From: Actinomycetota bacterium
GTDB taxonomy: Bacteria > Actinomycetota > Acidimicrobiia > Acidimicrobiales > Ilumatobacteraceae
Reading direction: 5' to 3'
Length of the DNA stretch: 53,409 nt
NCBI GenBank assembly: GCA_017853375.1
Contig: JAFMJP010000001.1
Span: 1-53,409, forward strand
Below, piece by piece: positions 18,104 to 25,806 of the stretch. Both the position numbers and the translations under genes were made by a program. The notes beneath the pieces were generated by a model, which was given only the letters and a program-made list of their open reading frames with translations, was not told where the DNA came from and ran no database searches. Within the stretch, counting starts at the first letter, position 1; every line of letters starts with the position of its first letter.

Positions 18104-18140
18104 GGCAGAGAGTCTGGCAGATGGATAGCGTCAACGGCAG

Positions 18141-18980
18141 ATGCGCAGCGGGTTCGTGAGCCTGGTCGGCCGGCCCAACGTCGGAAAATCCAGCATCCTC
18201 AATGCCGCATGCGGTCGCAAGGTGTCGATCGTGTCGGACAAACCTCAAACGACGCGTACTCGAGTGCGTGCGATCGTTCATCGCACGGATTCCCAGATCG
18301 TGTTCGTGGACACTCCTGGCATCCACAAACCCGTGAGCGAACTGGGAAAACGTGTGAATGCCACGGCACTCGATGCCAGTCGTGAAGTCGACATCACCTG
18401 CCTCGTGGTCGATGCAACCATGCCGTTTGGTCGCGGTGATCAGTTCGTTGCCGAACGAATGAACTTGACCACCGGCGCGGTCATCGTCAACAAGATCGAC
18501 CGCGCGCCCCGCGCAAAAGTCATGAAGCAACTCTCGGCCGTGGCGTCCCTCGATGCGGCGGCGTATTTTCCGATGTCAGCCAAGACGGGTGAGGGAGTGG
18601 GTGTTTTCCTCGACTGGCTGGCGGCAAGGTTGCCGGAAGGCGACCAGTTGTATCCCGCTGAAGTGGTTCGTGAAACACCGGACACGTTGTGGGTGGCCGA
18701 TTTGGTGCGCGAGGAGCTACTGGCTCGCGTGCGCGAGGAGCTTCCGTACTCCATCGCTACTCGCGTGACCGAATACGAATGGCCTCGAATTCGATGCGAG
18801 ATCGTGGTGGAACGCGAAAGTCAGAAGGGAATGGTGATTGGCAAGGGTGGGCAGGTGCTGAAGGAAGTTGGAACCGCAGTTCGCTTGCAGTTGGCGCAGG
18901 GTGCACACATCGAACTCTTCGTGATGGTCGACGAAGGTTGGCAACAACGTCCGGATCGCATCGAACGCCTGGGTTACTGA
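18141..18980 (+). CDS. era: GTPase Era
   Basis: GRPNVGKSS (G1), DTPG (G3), NKID (G4), C-terminal KH domain (VVERESQKGMVIGKGG). Confidence 0.95.
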   Translation: MRSGFVSLVGRPNVGKSSILNAACGRKVSIVSDKPQTTRTRVRAIVHRTDSQIVFVDTPGIHKPVSELGKRVNATALDASREVDITCLVVDATMPFGRGDQFVAERMNLTTGAVIVNKIDRAPRAKVMKQLSAVASLDAAAYFPMSAKTGEGVGVFLDWLAARLPEGDQLYPAEVVRETPDTLWVADLVREELLARVREELPYSIATRVTEYEWPRIRCEIVVERESQKGMVIGKGGQVLKEVGTAVRLQLAQGAHIELFVMVDEGWQQRPDRIERLGY

Positions 18981-18988
18981 GGCGCCCG

Positions 18989-19639
18989 TCAGTCGCGGGT
19001 GGACAACACGTTCAGATAATCGTCGTAGGTGACGGCCACACCCTTGGCAGTGAGATCACCGGCACCTCGCGGTACCTGGATCTCCACGTCATCCACCACG
19101 AACAACACCTGACCAATGCCCGGACGACGGGTGAGGGTCAGCACGATTTGCGCGATGGCCAATCGTTGGTCGAGCGGTTCAAGTTCGGAGAGAAATGGTG
19201 CGGTCGACGTCACTCGCGCCACACCCCGGCGGACGTCGATCGTGGCGGTAAGTCCGCGCGGAAGTGCCGATCGTAGGCCGGCGGTTTGTGCGGTTGCATC
19301 CAGACCCTCGAGCAGTGTGTCCAACACCTGGGTCGGGGTTGCCGGACTCACGATCAGGCGTTCGGAACGCACGACGCGGTTGGCGCTCACGAAGTAGAAC
19401 TCCACGGAGTCGTACAGCACTTCGGTGACGGTCGTTGGTGGGGATTCGGTTTCCTGTGGCGTGGTCGTGGTGGTGGCAATGGTGCTGGTGGTGACGGTCA
19501 GCGCATCGGGTATCTCGTTGGCCGGAAGTGCAACGAATCGTCCATCTTCGGGAACCCCGCAACCGCTCAGGATGATGGAGACGATCAGCCCGCACGACGA
19601 CCACCGGCGGGCCGACCAAGTACCGCGGCGCCGAGTCAT
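18989..19639 (-). CDS. GerMN-domain lipoprotein (miniature LpqB-like), coupled to the sensor kinase
   Basis: Lipobox ILSGC, a Thr/Pro-rich linker, then a GerMN-like pattern (VEFYFVS...PTQVLDTLLEGL...GLRSALPRGL...AIAQIVLTLT...VLFVVDD). Its ATG overlaps the kinase stop (ATGA). Confidence 0.7.
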   Translation of the reverse strand: MTRRRGTWSARRWSSCGLIVSIILSGCGVPEDGRFVALPANEIPDALTVTTSTIATTTTTPQETESPPTTVTEVLYDSVEFYFVSANRVVRSERLIVSPATPTQVLDTLLEGLDATAQTAGLRSALPRGLTATIDVRRGVARVTSTAPFLSELEPLDQRLAIAQIVLTLTRRPGIGQVLFVVDDVEIQVPRGAGDLTAKGVAVTYDDYLNVLSTRD

Positions 19640-21099
19640 GACGACGGATCCATGCGGGGAATCGTGACGACGAATCGCGCTCCGCCACTCGGAGACGTAT
19701 CGACGAATGCCCGACCGCCGATTGCGCGCGCATGTTCGGAGACGATGGCGAGACCCAATCCACTGCCGACGCTGTTTCGTGACGCCGTTCCGCGGGCGAA
19801 GCGTTCGAAAATTCGCAGTCGCTCACTGACTCCGATGCCGGGCCCGTTGTCGTCGACGATGAGGAGCAGATGATCGTCGTTGCTGCTCAACAGGATGTCG
19901 GATGCTCCACCTGCGTGATCCCTGGCATTGTCGAGAAGGTTGACGAGTATTCGCTCGACGCGTCGTTTGTCGACGAGGACGACGTCGTCGTTGCCGAGGT
20001 CGGATACGACCAACACTTTTTCGTACCCGTGTCGTGCAGCGATCCGTTCCACCAATGATGCGAGGTGGAGCTCCTCGAGTTGGTCTTGGCCCGCCCTTGC
20101 ATCGAGCCTGCTGAGTTCGAGCAGGTCCAACACGGTGCGATCGAAGCGTCGAACCTGGGCGGCAATGATGTCAATCGCCTGTCGATTTCGATCGGAGAAG
20201 TCGTCGGCACGAGCCTGCAGCACACCGACGGCGGCTCCGAGGGAGGTGATCGGGGATCGGAGTTCGTGGCTGACGTCACTGGCGAAACGCTCTTCACGCT
20301 CGATGCGTTCCTGCACCGCATCGGCCATGCCGTTGAAACTTTCCACGAGGCGTTGAAGGTCGGGGTCGTGTTCGGAGTCCAGGCGGGTTTCCAGTGCGCC
20401 TTCGGCGATGGTCTTTGCTGCAGCGGTCACTCGCCTCAGTGGGAGCAGCACGTTTCCGCTCAACAGAAAACCGATGAGCCCTGCAGCGATGGTGATGCCG
20501 ACGACTGCAGCAATGAGCGTGCTGCGAATGGTGCCAAGCGTGTCCGCCACGTCGCTGATGGGAAACACCTCGAAGTACGTTGCATCGATGGCCGAGATCG
20601 ACACCGCAACTGCTTCGAATGGTCGGCCGTTGAAGTCGACCCGTTGAACTCCGCTGGTTCCGCTGATTGCGTTGCGAACGAACGAAGGCGGCAGATTCGA
20701 TTGTGTGAATCGGAGGGGTGCTTGCGCGTAGAAGAGATCCTCGGAGCCGAGGTGCAACACTGCGTATCCGCCGGTTTCTGTGCGCAGATTGGTGACCACT
20801 TCGCCGGCATCACTTCGCGACGAGCCGACCAGCGAACGAACGAGTTGGGCATTGGCAATGGCTTGCGATCGTGCGGAAGCAGTTGCCTTGTCGAGGAGGT
20901 AATTGCGGGTCGCGGCGAACGTGACGACGCTCAGAATGACCACACCGATGAATGTCGCAAGGGAGAAGTACGCGACGATGCGCGCTCGCAGTCCGGGCCG
21001 CAGCGACTGCAAGCGCAATCGCAGGGGTGGAGTGCGACTCGTTTCGGGCACCCTTCCAGCATGGCGCACCATTGAGCCGGCGGGGTCAAGGGGGAGCAT
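19636..21099 (-). CDS. mtrB: Sensor histidine kinase, MtrB-like
   Basis: Two TM helices flank an extracytoplasmic domain, then HAMP. H-box FASDVSHELRSPITSL, N/G boxes LLDNARDHA, VDDNGPGI, GSGLGLAIV. The start is uncertain: TTG 21177 (track), ATG 21099 (chosen) or ATG 21072. Confidence 0.9.
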   Translation of the reverse strand: MLPLDPAGSMVRHAGRVPETSRTPPLRLRLQSLRPGLRARIVAYFSLATFIGVVILSVVTFAATRNYLLDKATASARSQAIANAQLVRSLVGSSRSDAGEVVTNLRTETGGYAVLHLGSEDLFYAQAPLRFTQSNLPPSFVRNAISGTSGVQRVDFNGRPFEAVAVSISAIDATYFEVFPISDVADTLGTIRSTLIAAVVGITIAAGLIGFLLSGNVLLPLRRVTAAAKTIAEGALETRLDSEHDPDLQRLVESFNGMADAVQERIEREERFASDVSHELRSPITSLGAAVGVLQARADDFSDRNRQAIDIIAAQVRRFDRTVLDLLELSRLDARAGQDQLEELHLASLVERIAARHGYEKVLVVSDLGNDDVVLVDKRRVERILVNLLDNARDHAGGASDILLSSNDDHLLLIVDDNGPGIGVSERLRIFERFARGTASRNSVGSGLGLAIVSEHARAIGGRAFVDTSPSGGARFVVTIPRMDPSS

Positions 21100-21164
21100 G
21101 ACCCTCGCCGGCTCGGGCTCAAGAATGCTCGGTGGAGATGACGGCGGGGTGCTGGAAGTGTGCG

Positions 21165-21179
21165 TTTTGTGTAACAAAA
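21165..21179. promoter_or_regulatory. AT-rich perfect palindrome TTTTGT-gta-ACAAAA in the mtrA/mtrB divergent region; candidate operator/promoter element
   Basis: Read directly, and coordinates cross-checked against both ORF frames. It sits in a locally AT-rich stretch (gttttgtgtaacaaaaggtgtttctttgacag) that contrasts with the GC-rich surroundings. A TTGACA hexamer follows at about 21189-21194. Confidence 0.3.
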
Positions 21180-21206
21180 GGTGTTTCTTTGACAGAATGC
21201 CTCCCC

Positions 21207-21896
21207 ATGGCCACGATTCTCCTGGTTGAGGATGACGCAGGGATACGCGCAGCCCTCAGCCTTGCGCTGGAGGACGAGGGATACCACATGTTGCAGGCAC
21301 CAAACGGGAAAACGGGTTTGGCGATGACGGTTTCCGAACGTCCCGATCTGGTGTTGTTGGATCTCCGCTTGCCGGATGTCTCGGGCTTTGAGGTCTGCCG
21401 AGAAATACGCACGAAGAGCAATCTCCCCATCATCATGGTGACCGCCCAAACGGATACGCATGATTTGGTGGCAGGTTTGGAGGCCGGGGCCGACGACTAC
21501 GTCACGAAACCGGTGAACTCCAAGGAGCTTGCGGCGCGAATTCGTGCCGCACTCCGTCGCATCGTCCGCGAGTCATCCGGCCGTACGCCTGATGTGAGCC
21601 GTTTCGGTGACATTGAGTTGCATCGTGATGCCGGCATCGTGACGAAGGGTGGCGTGGAGATCGCTCTTACGAAGACGGAGCTGCGACTGCTGATCGAGTT
21701 CGTCGATCATCCCAACAGCGTCCTCAGCCGGGACCAGTTGTTGGAGCGTGTATGGGGGTATGAGTACCTCGGTGACAGTCGCTTGGTCGACGCCCACATT
21801 CGGCGTTTGCGTGTGAAGATCGAGGATTCGCCGAATGAGCCCCGGTTCATCACCACGGCTCGAGGTATGGGTTACCGATTCAAGTCCGGCGACTAG
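21207..21896 (+). CDS. mtrA: OmpR-family response regulator, MtrA-like
   Basis: MATILLVEDD..., PDLVLLDLRLPDVSG, IIMVTAQTD, GADDYVTKP, winged helix LVDAHIRRLRVKIE...ITTARGMGYRF. The internal ATG at 21207 gives the canonical N-terminus. Confidence 0.95.
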   Translation: MATILLVEDDAGIRAALSLALEDEGYHMLQAPNGKTGLAMTVSERPDLVLLDLRLPDVSGFEVCREIRTKSNLPIIMVTAQTDTHDLVAGLEAGADDYVTKPVNSKELAARIRAALRRIVRESSGRTPDVSRFGDIELHRDAGIVTKGGVEIALTKTELRLLIEFVDHPNSVLSRDQLLERVWGYEYLGDSRLVDAHIRRLRVKIEDSPNEPRFITTARGMGYRFKSGD

Positions 21897-23763
21897 CGAA
21901 AAACTCCTGCACTTGCGACAACTGGTTGGTTTCCGGCATGTGGGATACGCCGTACAACACCGCGCTCTTGTATCGCTTGGTGGACAGTCGCGGATCGAGG
22001 ATTGCCACGACGCCGTGATCAGTGGCCGTACGGATGAGGCGGCCGGCAGCTTGGGCGAGTGAGGCGGCTGCGATAGGGACGTCCACGGTCATGAATGCGG
22101 AGCTGCCGGCTTCGTCGCGTCGTGCATCGAGCAACGGATCATTCATTGCCGGAAAGGGAACCTTGTCGAGAATCACCAATCGAAGCGCATCTCCCGGCAC
22201 GTCGACACCCTGGAAGAAACCGCGTGTCGCAAAGAGGCAGGAAGCGTGGTCCTGTCGGAAGGCGTCCAGGAGTGCCTTCTTGGGCATGTCGTCTTGTCGG
22301 TACAAGTTGACTCCTTTGCCGAGCTTTCCGTCGAGTGCATCGGCGGTATCGCGGAGAACGCTCCAACTCGTGAAGAGCACCAACGCCGACCCTCCCGACA
22401 AGCTGATGAGCTCCCGGATGCGTGATTGCAACTTGGCGGAGCGTTGCGCATCGTTCGGCACTGGCAGGTCATCTGCGAGGTACAAGAGTGATTGCTTCTC
22501 GTAGTCGAACGGACTCGCCACACGCACGATGTCGTCATCGTCGAATGCCAATCCGAGTCGACGCGGCAAGCCCGGCGGAATCGTCGCGCTGGTCAAGATT
22601 GCCGTGGTGTCGTCCCACAGTTGGCCGAGTACGCGGTCGACTCGCTTCGGGGCGGCGGTAAGACGAGCTGCGCCTCGCACGTCGGTGACGAACACCACCA
22701 TGTTGCTTCCACCAGTCAGCACTTTGTCGAGCGACTCGTTCATGCGCGTGATGGTGGAGACGGCTCGAAGGAGTTCGGGTGTTTCATTGATGGTGGCGCG
22801 AAGTTCGTCGGAAATCAATCCGCATTGCTGCGCAGCATTGCCGATGGTGCCCTCTACGTCGGGTGGTAGCGGCTGGGGGAGTCGTTGACCGACGTAGCGC
22901 TGGAGAACCTCGTCGAGTTCCTTGCCTGTTTTGGCCAGGGCGTTCGGAAGCTTTTGCCTGGCGAGTGCCACACGCGCGGTTTCGGCTGCGGTTGCAATCA
23001 TTCGCCCAGTGAGTGAAACCGAGGCCGTTTCGCTGATGACGTCCTCGAGTTCGTGAACTTCGTCGAATACCACGACGTCATGGTCGGGCAGAAACTCACG
23101 GTCCTGTTCGAGATCGAGGCCGTACAACGTGAAGTTCACCACGATGACGTTGGCGTTCTTGGCCCGTTCGCGTGCGCGCTCGGTGAAGCACGTTTCACCA
23201 AAGGAGCATTTGGCTGCACCCGGACACTCGTCGGATCCAAGACTGACCTTTCGCCAAGCGGAATCGCCGACGGTGAATGGAACGTCGGAAATCTCCCCGG
23301 TTTCCGTTTCGTCGGCCCAGGCAACGAGATCACGTATCTCGCGCACCACGTCGGCGGGGGTGTCGTTGAGTTGCAATTGATCCTGTCCGGTTTCGATCTC
23401 CGAAACTCGTTGACGGCAGAGGTAGTTGTTTCGTCCCTTGAGAATCGCCCAGGAAAACGAGAGATCGGGTCTGTCGGCGCATGCGGCCTCGAGTAAGGGA
23501 AGGTCGACGCTCGCCAGCTGATCCTGGAGCGCCTTGGTGTAGGTGGCAATCACCGCAGTGCGGCCGGCTGCCAGGATGGGCACCAGGTATCCCAACGTCT
23601 TGCCAGTGCCGGTGCCCGCCTGCACCACCAACGTCGTTCCGGTGTCGATGGCATCGGCGACGTGGCGCACCATGTCCGCTTGTCCATCTCGTTGTTCGGC
23701 GTGTGAGAGCCGCCCGATCACCGTGTCGAGAAGCTCGATGGCTGATGCTGCGGCGGGTGTCAT
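21880..23763 (-). CDS. dinG: ATP-dependent DinG/XPD-family helicase
   Basis: Internal ATG (residue 125 of ORF 21880..24135). Walker A VQAGTGTGKTL, VVFDEVHELED box, Cys cluster (NYLCRQRV...ECPGAAKCSFGETCF) typical of the Fe-S domain, C-terminal helicase motifs (FFQGVDVPG, QAAGRLIR). Confidence 0.85.
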   Translation of the reverse strand: MTPAAASAIELLDTVIGRLSHAEQRDGQADMVRHVADAIDTGTTLVVQAGTGTGKTLGYLVPILAAGRTAVIATYTKALQDQLASVDLPLLEAACADRPDLSFSWAILKGRNNYLCRQRVSEIETGQDQLQLNDTPADVVREIRDLVAWADETETGEISDVPFTVGDSAWRKVSLGSDECPGAAKCSFGETCFTERARERAKNANVIVVNFTLYGLDLEQDREFLPDHDVVVFDEVHELEDVISETASVSLTGRMIATAAETARVALARQKLPNALAKTGKELDEVLQRYVGQRLPQPLPPDVEGTIGNAAQQCGLISDELRATINETPELLRAVSTITRMNESLDKVLTGGSNMVVFVTDVRGAARLTAAPKRVDRVLGQLWDDTTAILTSATIPPGLPRRLGLAFDDDDIVRVASPFDYEKQSLLYLADDLPVPNDAQRSAKLQSRIRELISLSGGSALVLFTSWSVLRDTADALDGKLGKGVNLYRQDDMPKKALLDAFRQDHASCLFATRGFFQGVDVPGDALRLVILDKVPFPAMNDPLLDARRDEAGSSAFMTVDVPIAAASLAQAAGRLIRTATDHGVVAILDPRLSTKRYKSAVLYGVSHMPETNQLSQVQEFFASRRT

Positions 23764-24434
23764 GTGGACACGAGAGCGAGGGCGTCGTCGAGTTGGGCGG
23801 CGCCGAAGTCGGGCCACGAACAATCGGTGAAATAGACCCTCGCATTGGCCGCCTGCCACAGCAAGAAATTGGAGACCCTGGATTCGCCCGATGTGCGAAC
23901 GAGCAAATCCACCGGCGGAAGTGTCGGGTCGTAGAGTTCGGCGTTGATCGCAGAAATCGACGTGTGGTGGGCTCGAGTCACTGCTCGTACGATCTCGGCC
24001 CGACTCCCGTAGTCGAACGCGACGGTCAACACCATTCCTGTGTTGTGTTTCGTGTCGTCGATGGCTTGGACGATGGCCCGTTGCACCGACTTGGGGGTTC
24101 GTGCGTACGGCTCGTCGAAAGGGCGACCAATCCAATTCACGCGAACGTTGTTGGCGTTGAGTTCATCGATTCGCCCAAAGAGCTTGCGGTGCAATCCCAG
24201 AATGTGACGAATCTCCGAAGGTGGGCGAACCCAATTTTCGGTGCTGAAACCAAAAACGGTCAGCCATCCGACGTTCCGTTGAGCGGCGGCACGTACCACT
24301 CCGGCAAGTGCCTCCTCGCCGGCGGTGTGTCCCGCGGTACGCGGGAGCCCCCGACGTTTGGCCCAACGACCATTGCCGTCCATGATGCAGGCAACGTGCA
24401 GACGGCGGGACGACGCTCTGGCGGGACTGGTCAT
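23760..24434 (-). CDS. uppS: Undecaprenyl-diphosphate synthase (cis-prenyltransferase), C-terminally short form
   Basis: Internal ATG (residue 115 of ORF 23760..24776). IMDGNGRWA, FSTENWVRP and RTSGESRVSNFLLWQ are present. It ends ...WPDFGAAQLDDALALVST without the usual R-x-R-R-F-G tail. Its stop overlaps the dinG ATG (ATGA). Confidence 0.9.
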   Translation of the reverse strand: MTSPARASSRRLHVACIMDGNGRWAKRRGLPRTAGHTAGEEALAGVVRAAAQRNVGWLTVFGFSTENWVRPPSEIRHILGLHRKLFGRIDELNANNVRVNWIGRPFDEPYARTPKSVQRAIVQAIDDTKHNTGMVLTVAFDYGSRAEIVRAVTRAHHTSISAINAELYDPTLPPVDLLVRTSGESRVSNFLLWQAANARVYFTDCSWPDFGAAQLDDALALVST

Positions 24435-24476
24435 GGTGTGCCGTATGAAACTAGTTCCTAGTGCGAGGATGTAGCA

Positions 24477-25052
24477 GTGGTTTCTGAAGCATCGTTGTCC
24501 CACCTGCTGCTCTGTGCGGGTTCGGTGACTGATTGGAAGAACACGTCGGCCGAGCAATGGCGTACGCGGCTCGATCTCGTAGCGCGCGCAGCACAAGGAG
24601 GGGGAGCGGAGTGGGCCACCATCGTCCCTGTAATGCCCGGACACTCGCAGGATGTCGAAGCAGTACGTGCTCTGCTGCAGGACGCTTGTGGTGGGGTGCG
24701 ATATGCGCACCGCATGGTGATGCTCAGTGAAGGTGGTGTGACGGTCATCGTGGATCCCATCGCAGATGGCAAGCAACGTATTGCCGATGCGGCGAGCCGA
24801 ATCGCGTCATCCGGTGAACTCACAGAAGAGCGTTTGTCGGCTGCCATCACTGCGCCGGCCCCGAACGAACCCGACCTGGTGATCGTGTTGGGGGATGCCA
24901 CCACCATGCCTTCGGCGCTGGTGTGGGAGCTTGCGTACGCAGAGCTCGTGTTCTTGGACGTTCCGTGGTCGGGGCTCGACGCAGAACACGTGGAGATGGC
25001 GATCAACGACTACACGCGACGCGATCGCCGGTTTGGTGGCGTGGATTCCTGA
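24477..25052 (+). CDS. Degenerate UppS-like (cis-prenyltransferase fold) protein retaining the C-terminal RRFGG tail; probably non-catalytic
   Basis: 191 aa, GTG start. It aligns by eye with UppS end to end (HLLLCAGSVTDWKN; PDLVIVLGDATTMPSALVWELAYAELVFLDVPWSGL...DYTRRDRRFGG), but the DGNGRW, ENW and RTxGExRxSNF catalytic blocks are substituted. Its stop overlaps the recO ATG (TGATG). Confidence 0.7.
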   Translation: MVSEASLSHLLLCAGSVTDWKNTSAEQWRTRLDLVARAAQGGGAEWATIVPVMPGHSQDVEAVRALLQDACGGVRYAHRMVMLSEGGVTVIVDPIADGKQRIADAASRIASSGELTEERLSAAITAPAPNEPDLVIVLGDATTMPSALVWELAYAELVFLDVPWSGLDAEHVEMAINDYTRRDRRFGGVDS

Positions 25053-25780
25053 TGCCGGTGTATCGCGACGTCGGTGTCGTATTGCGTACGCACAAACTCG
25101 GTGAATCCGACAGGATCATCACGTTGATCACCCAGGATTCGGGCAGGGTACGAGCCGTTGCGAAAGGGATTCGAAAGACCACCTCCAAGTTCGGCTCACG
25201 ACTCGAACCAATGAGTCATGTGCAAGTGCAGTTGTATCGGGGGCGGGAACTCGACATCGTCAATCAAGTTGAGTTGGTTGAGGTGGCATCGTCGACTCGG
25301 GCACATCTCGAAGCCACCACCGACGGATTGGCGATGTGCGAGGTCGTGGAACAGCTTTCACACGACCGATCTCCCACCCCGCACTTGTATCGGATGTTGG
25401 TTGGGGCATTGCGTCAGCTCAACACTTCGTATTCCGCATTGCTGTTGCCTGCACTGCAACTTCGGCTCTTGGAGGAAGAGGGTGTTGGGCCGCGCGTGGA
25501 TCGTTGCGTCGTGTGTGACGCTGCCGATGGTCTCGTGGCCATCGACGTACAGGCAGGCGGTGTGCAATGTCGCCAGCATCGGCGCGGAATGTCGATGTCG
25601 CCGCAGGCTCTCTCGATTCTGCAGGATGTGCTCAATGGCCGAATCGCGTCGGTGTTGCATCGCCAGGATGTGCCCAAGGACGTGGTGCGAGAGGTGGTGT
25701 CGTACGGACGAAGTGCCATGGAGCACCATCTCGAACGTCGCATCCGTTCGTCATCGTTGTTCGAGGCACCGCGTACGTAA
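25052..25780 (+). CDS. recO: DNA repair protein RecO
   Basis: MPVYRDVGVVLRTHKLGESDRIITLITQDSGRVRAVAKGIRKTTSKFGSRLEP... and a Cys-containing zinc region (CVVCD...QCRQH). Confidence 0.9.
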   Translation: MPVYRDVGVVLRTHKLGESDRIITLITQDSGRVRAVAKGIRKTTSKFGSRLEPMSHVQVQLYRGRELDIVNQVELVEVASSTRAHLEATTDGLAMCEVVEQLSHDRSPTPHLYRMLVGALRQLNTSYSALLLPALQLRLLEEEGVGPRVDRCVVCDAADGLVAIDVQAGGVQCRQHRRGMSMSPQALSILQDVLNGRIASVLHRQDVPKDVVREVVSYGRSAMEHHLERRIRSSSLFEAPRT

Positions 25781-25806
25781 GCACGCCGACTACTAGCCTC
25801 AATCCA

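Noticed and set aside
18103-18143. Three GGCAGA repeats (two as GGCAGATG) upstream of and overlapping the era start
   Set aside because: A 6-nt unit occurring three times at irregular spacing in a 40-nt stretch could be chance. I have no supporting conservation information.
21880-23763. DinG-family helicase as a possible defence or type IV CRISPR-associated component
   Set aside because: There are no repeats, cas-like genes or other defence genes nearby. It is translationally coupled to housekeeping uppS and has ordinary XPD/DinG architecture, so it is most simply the chromosomal DinG ortholog.
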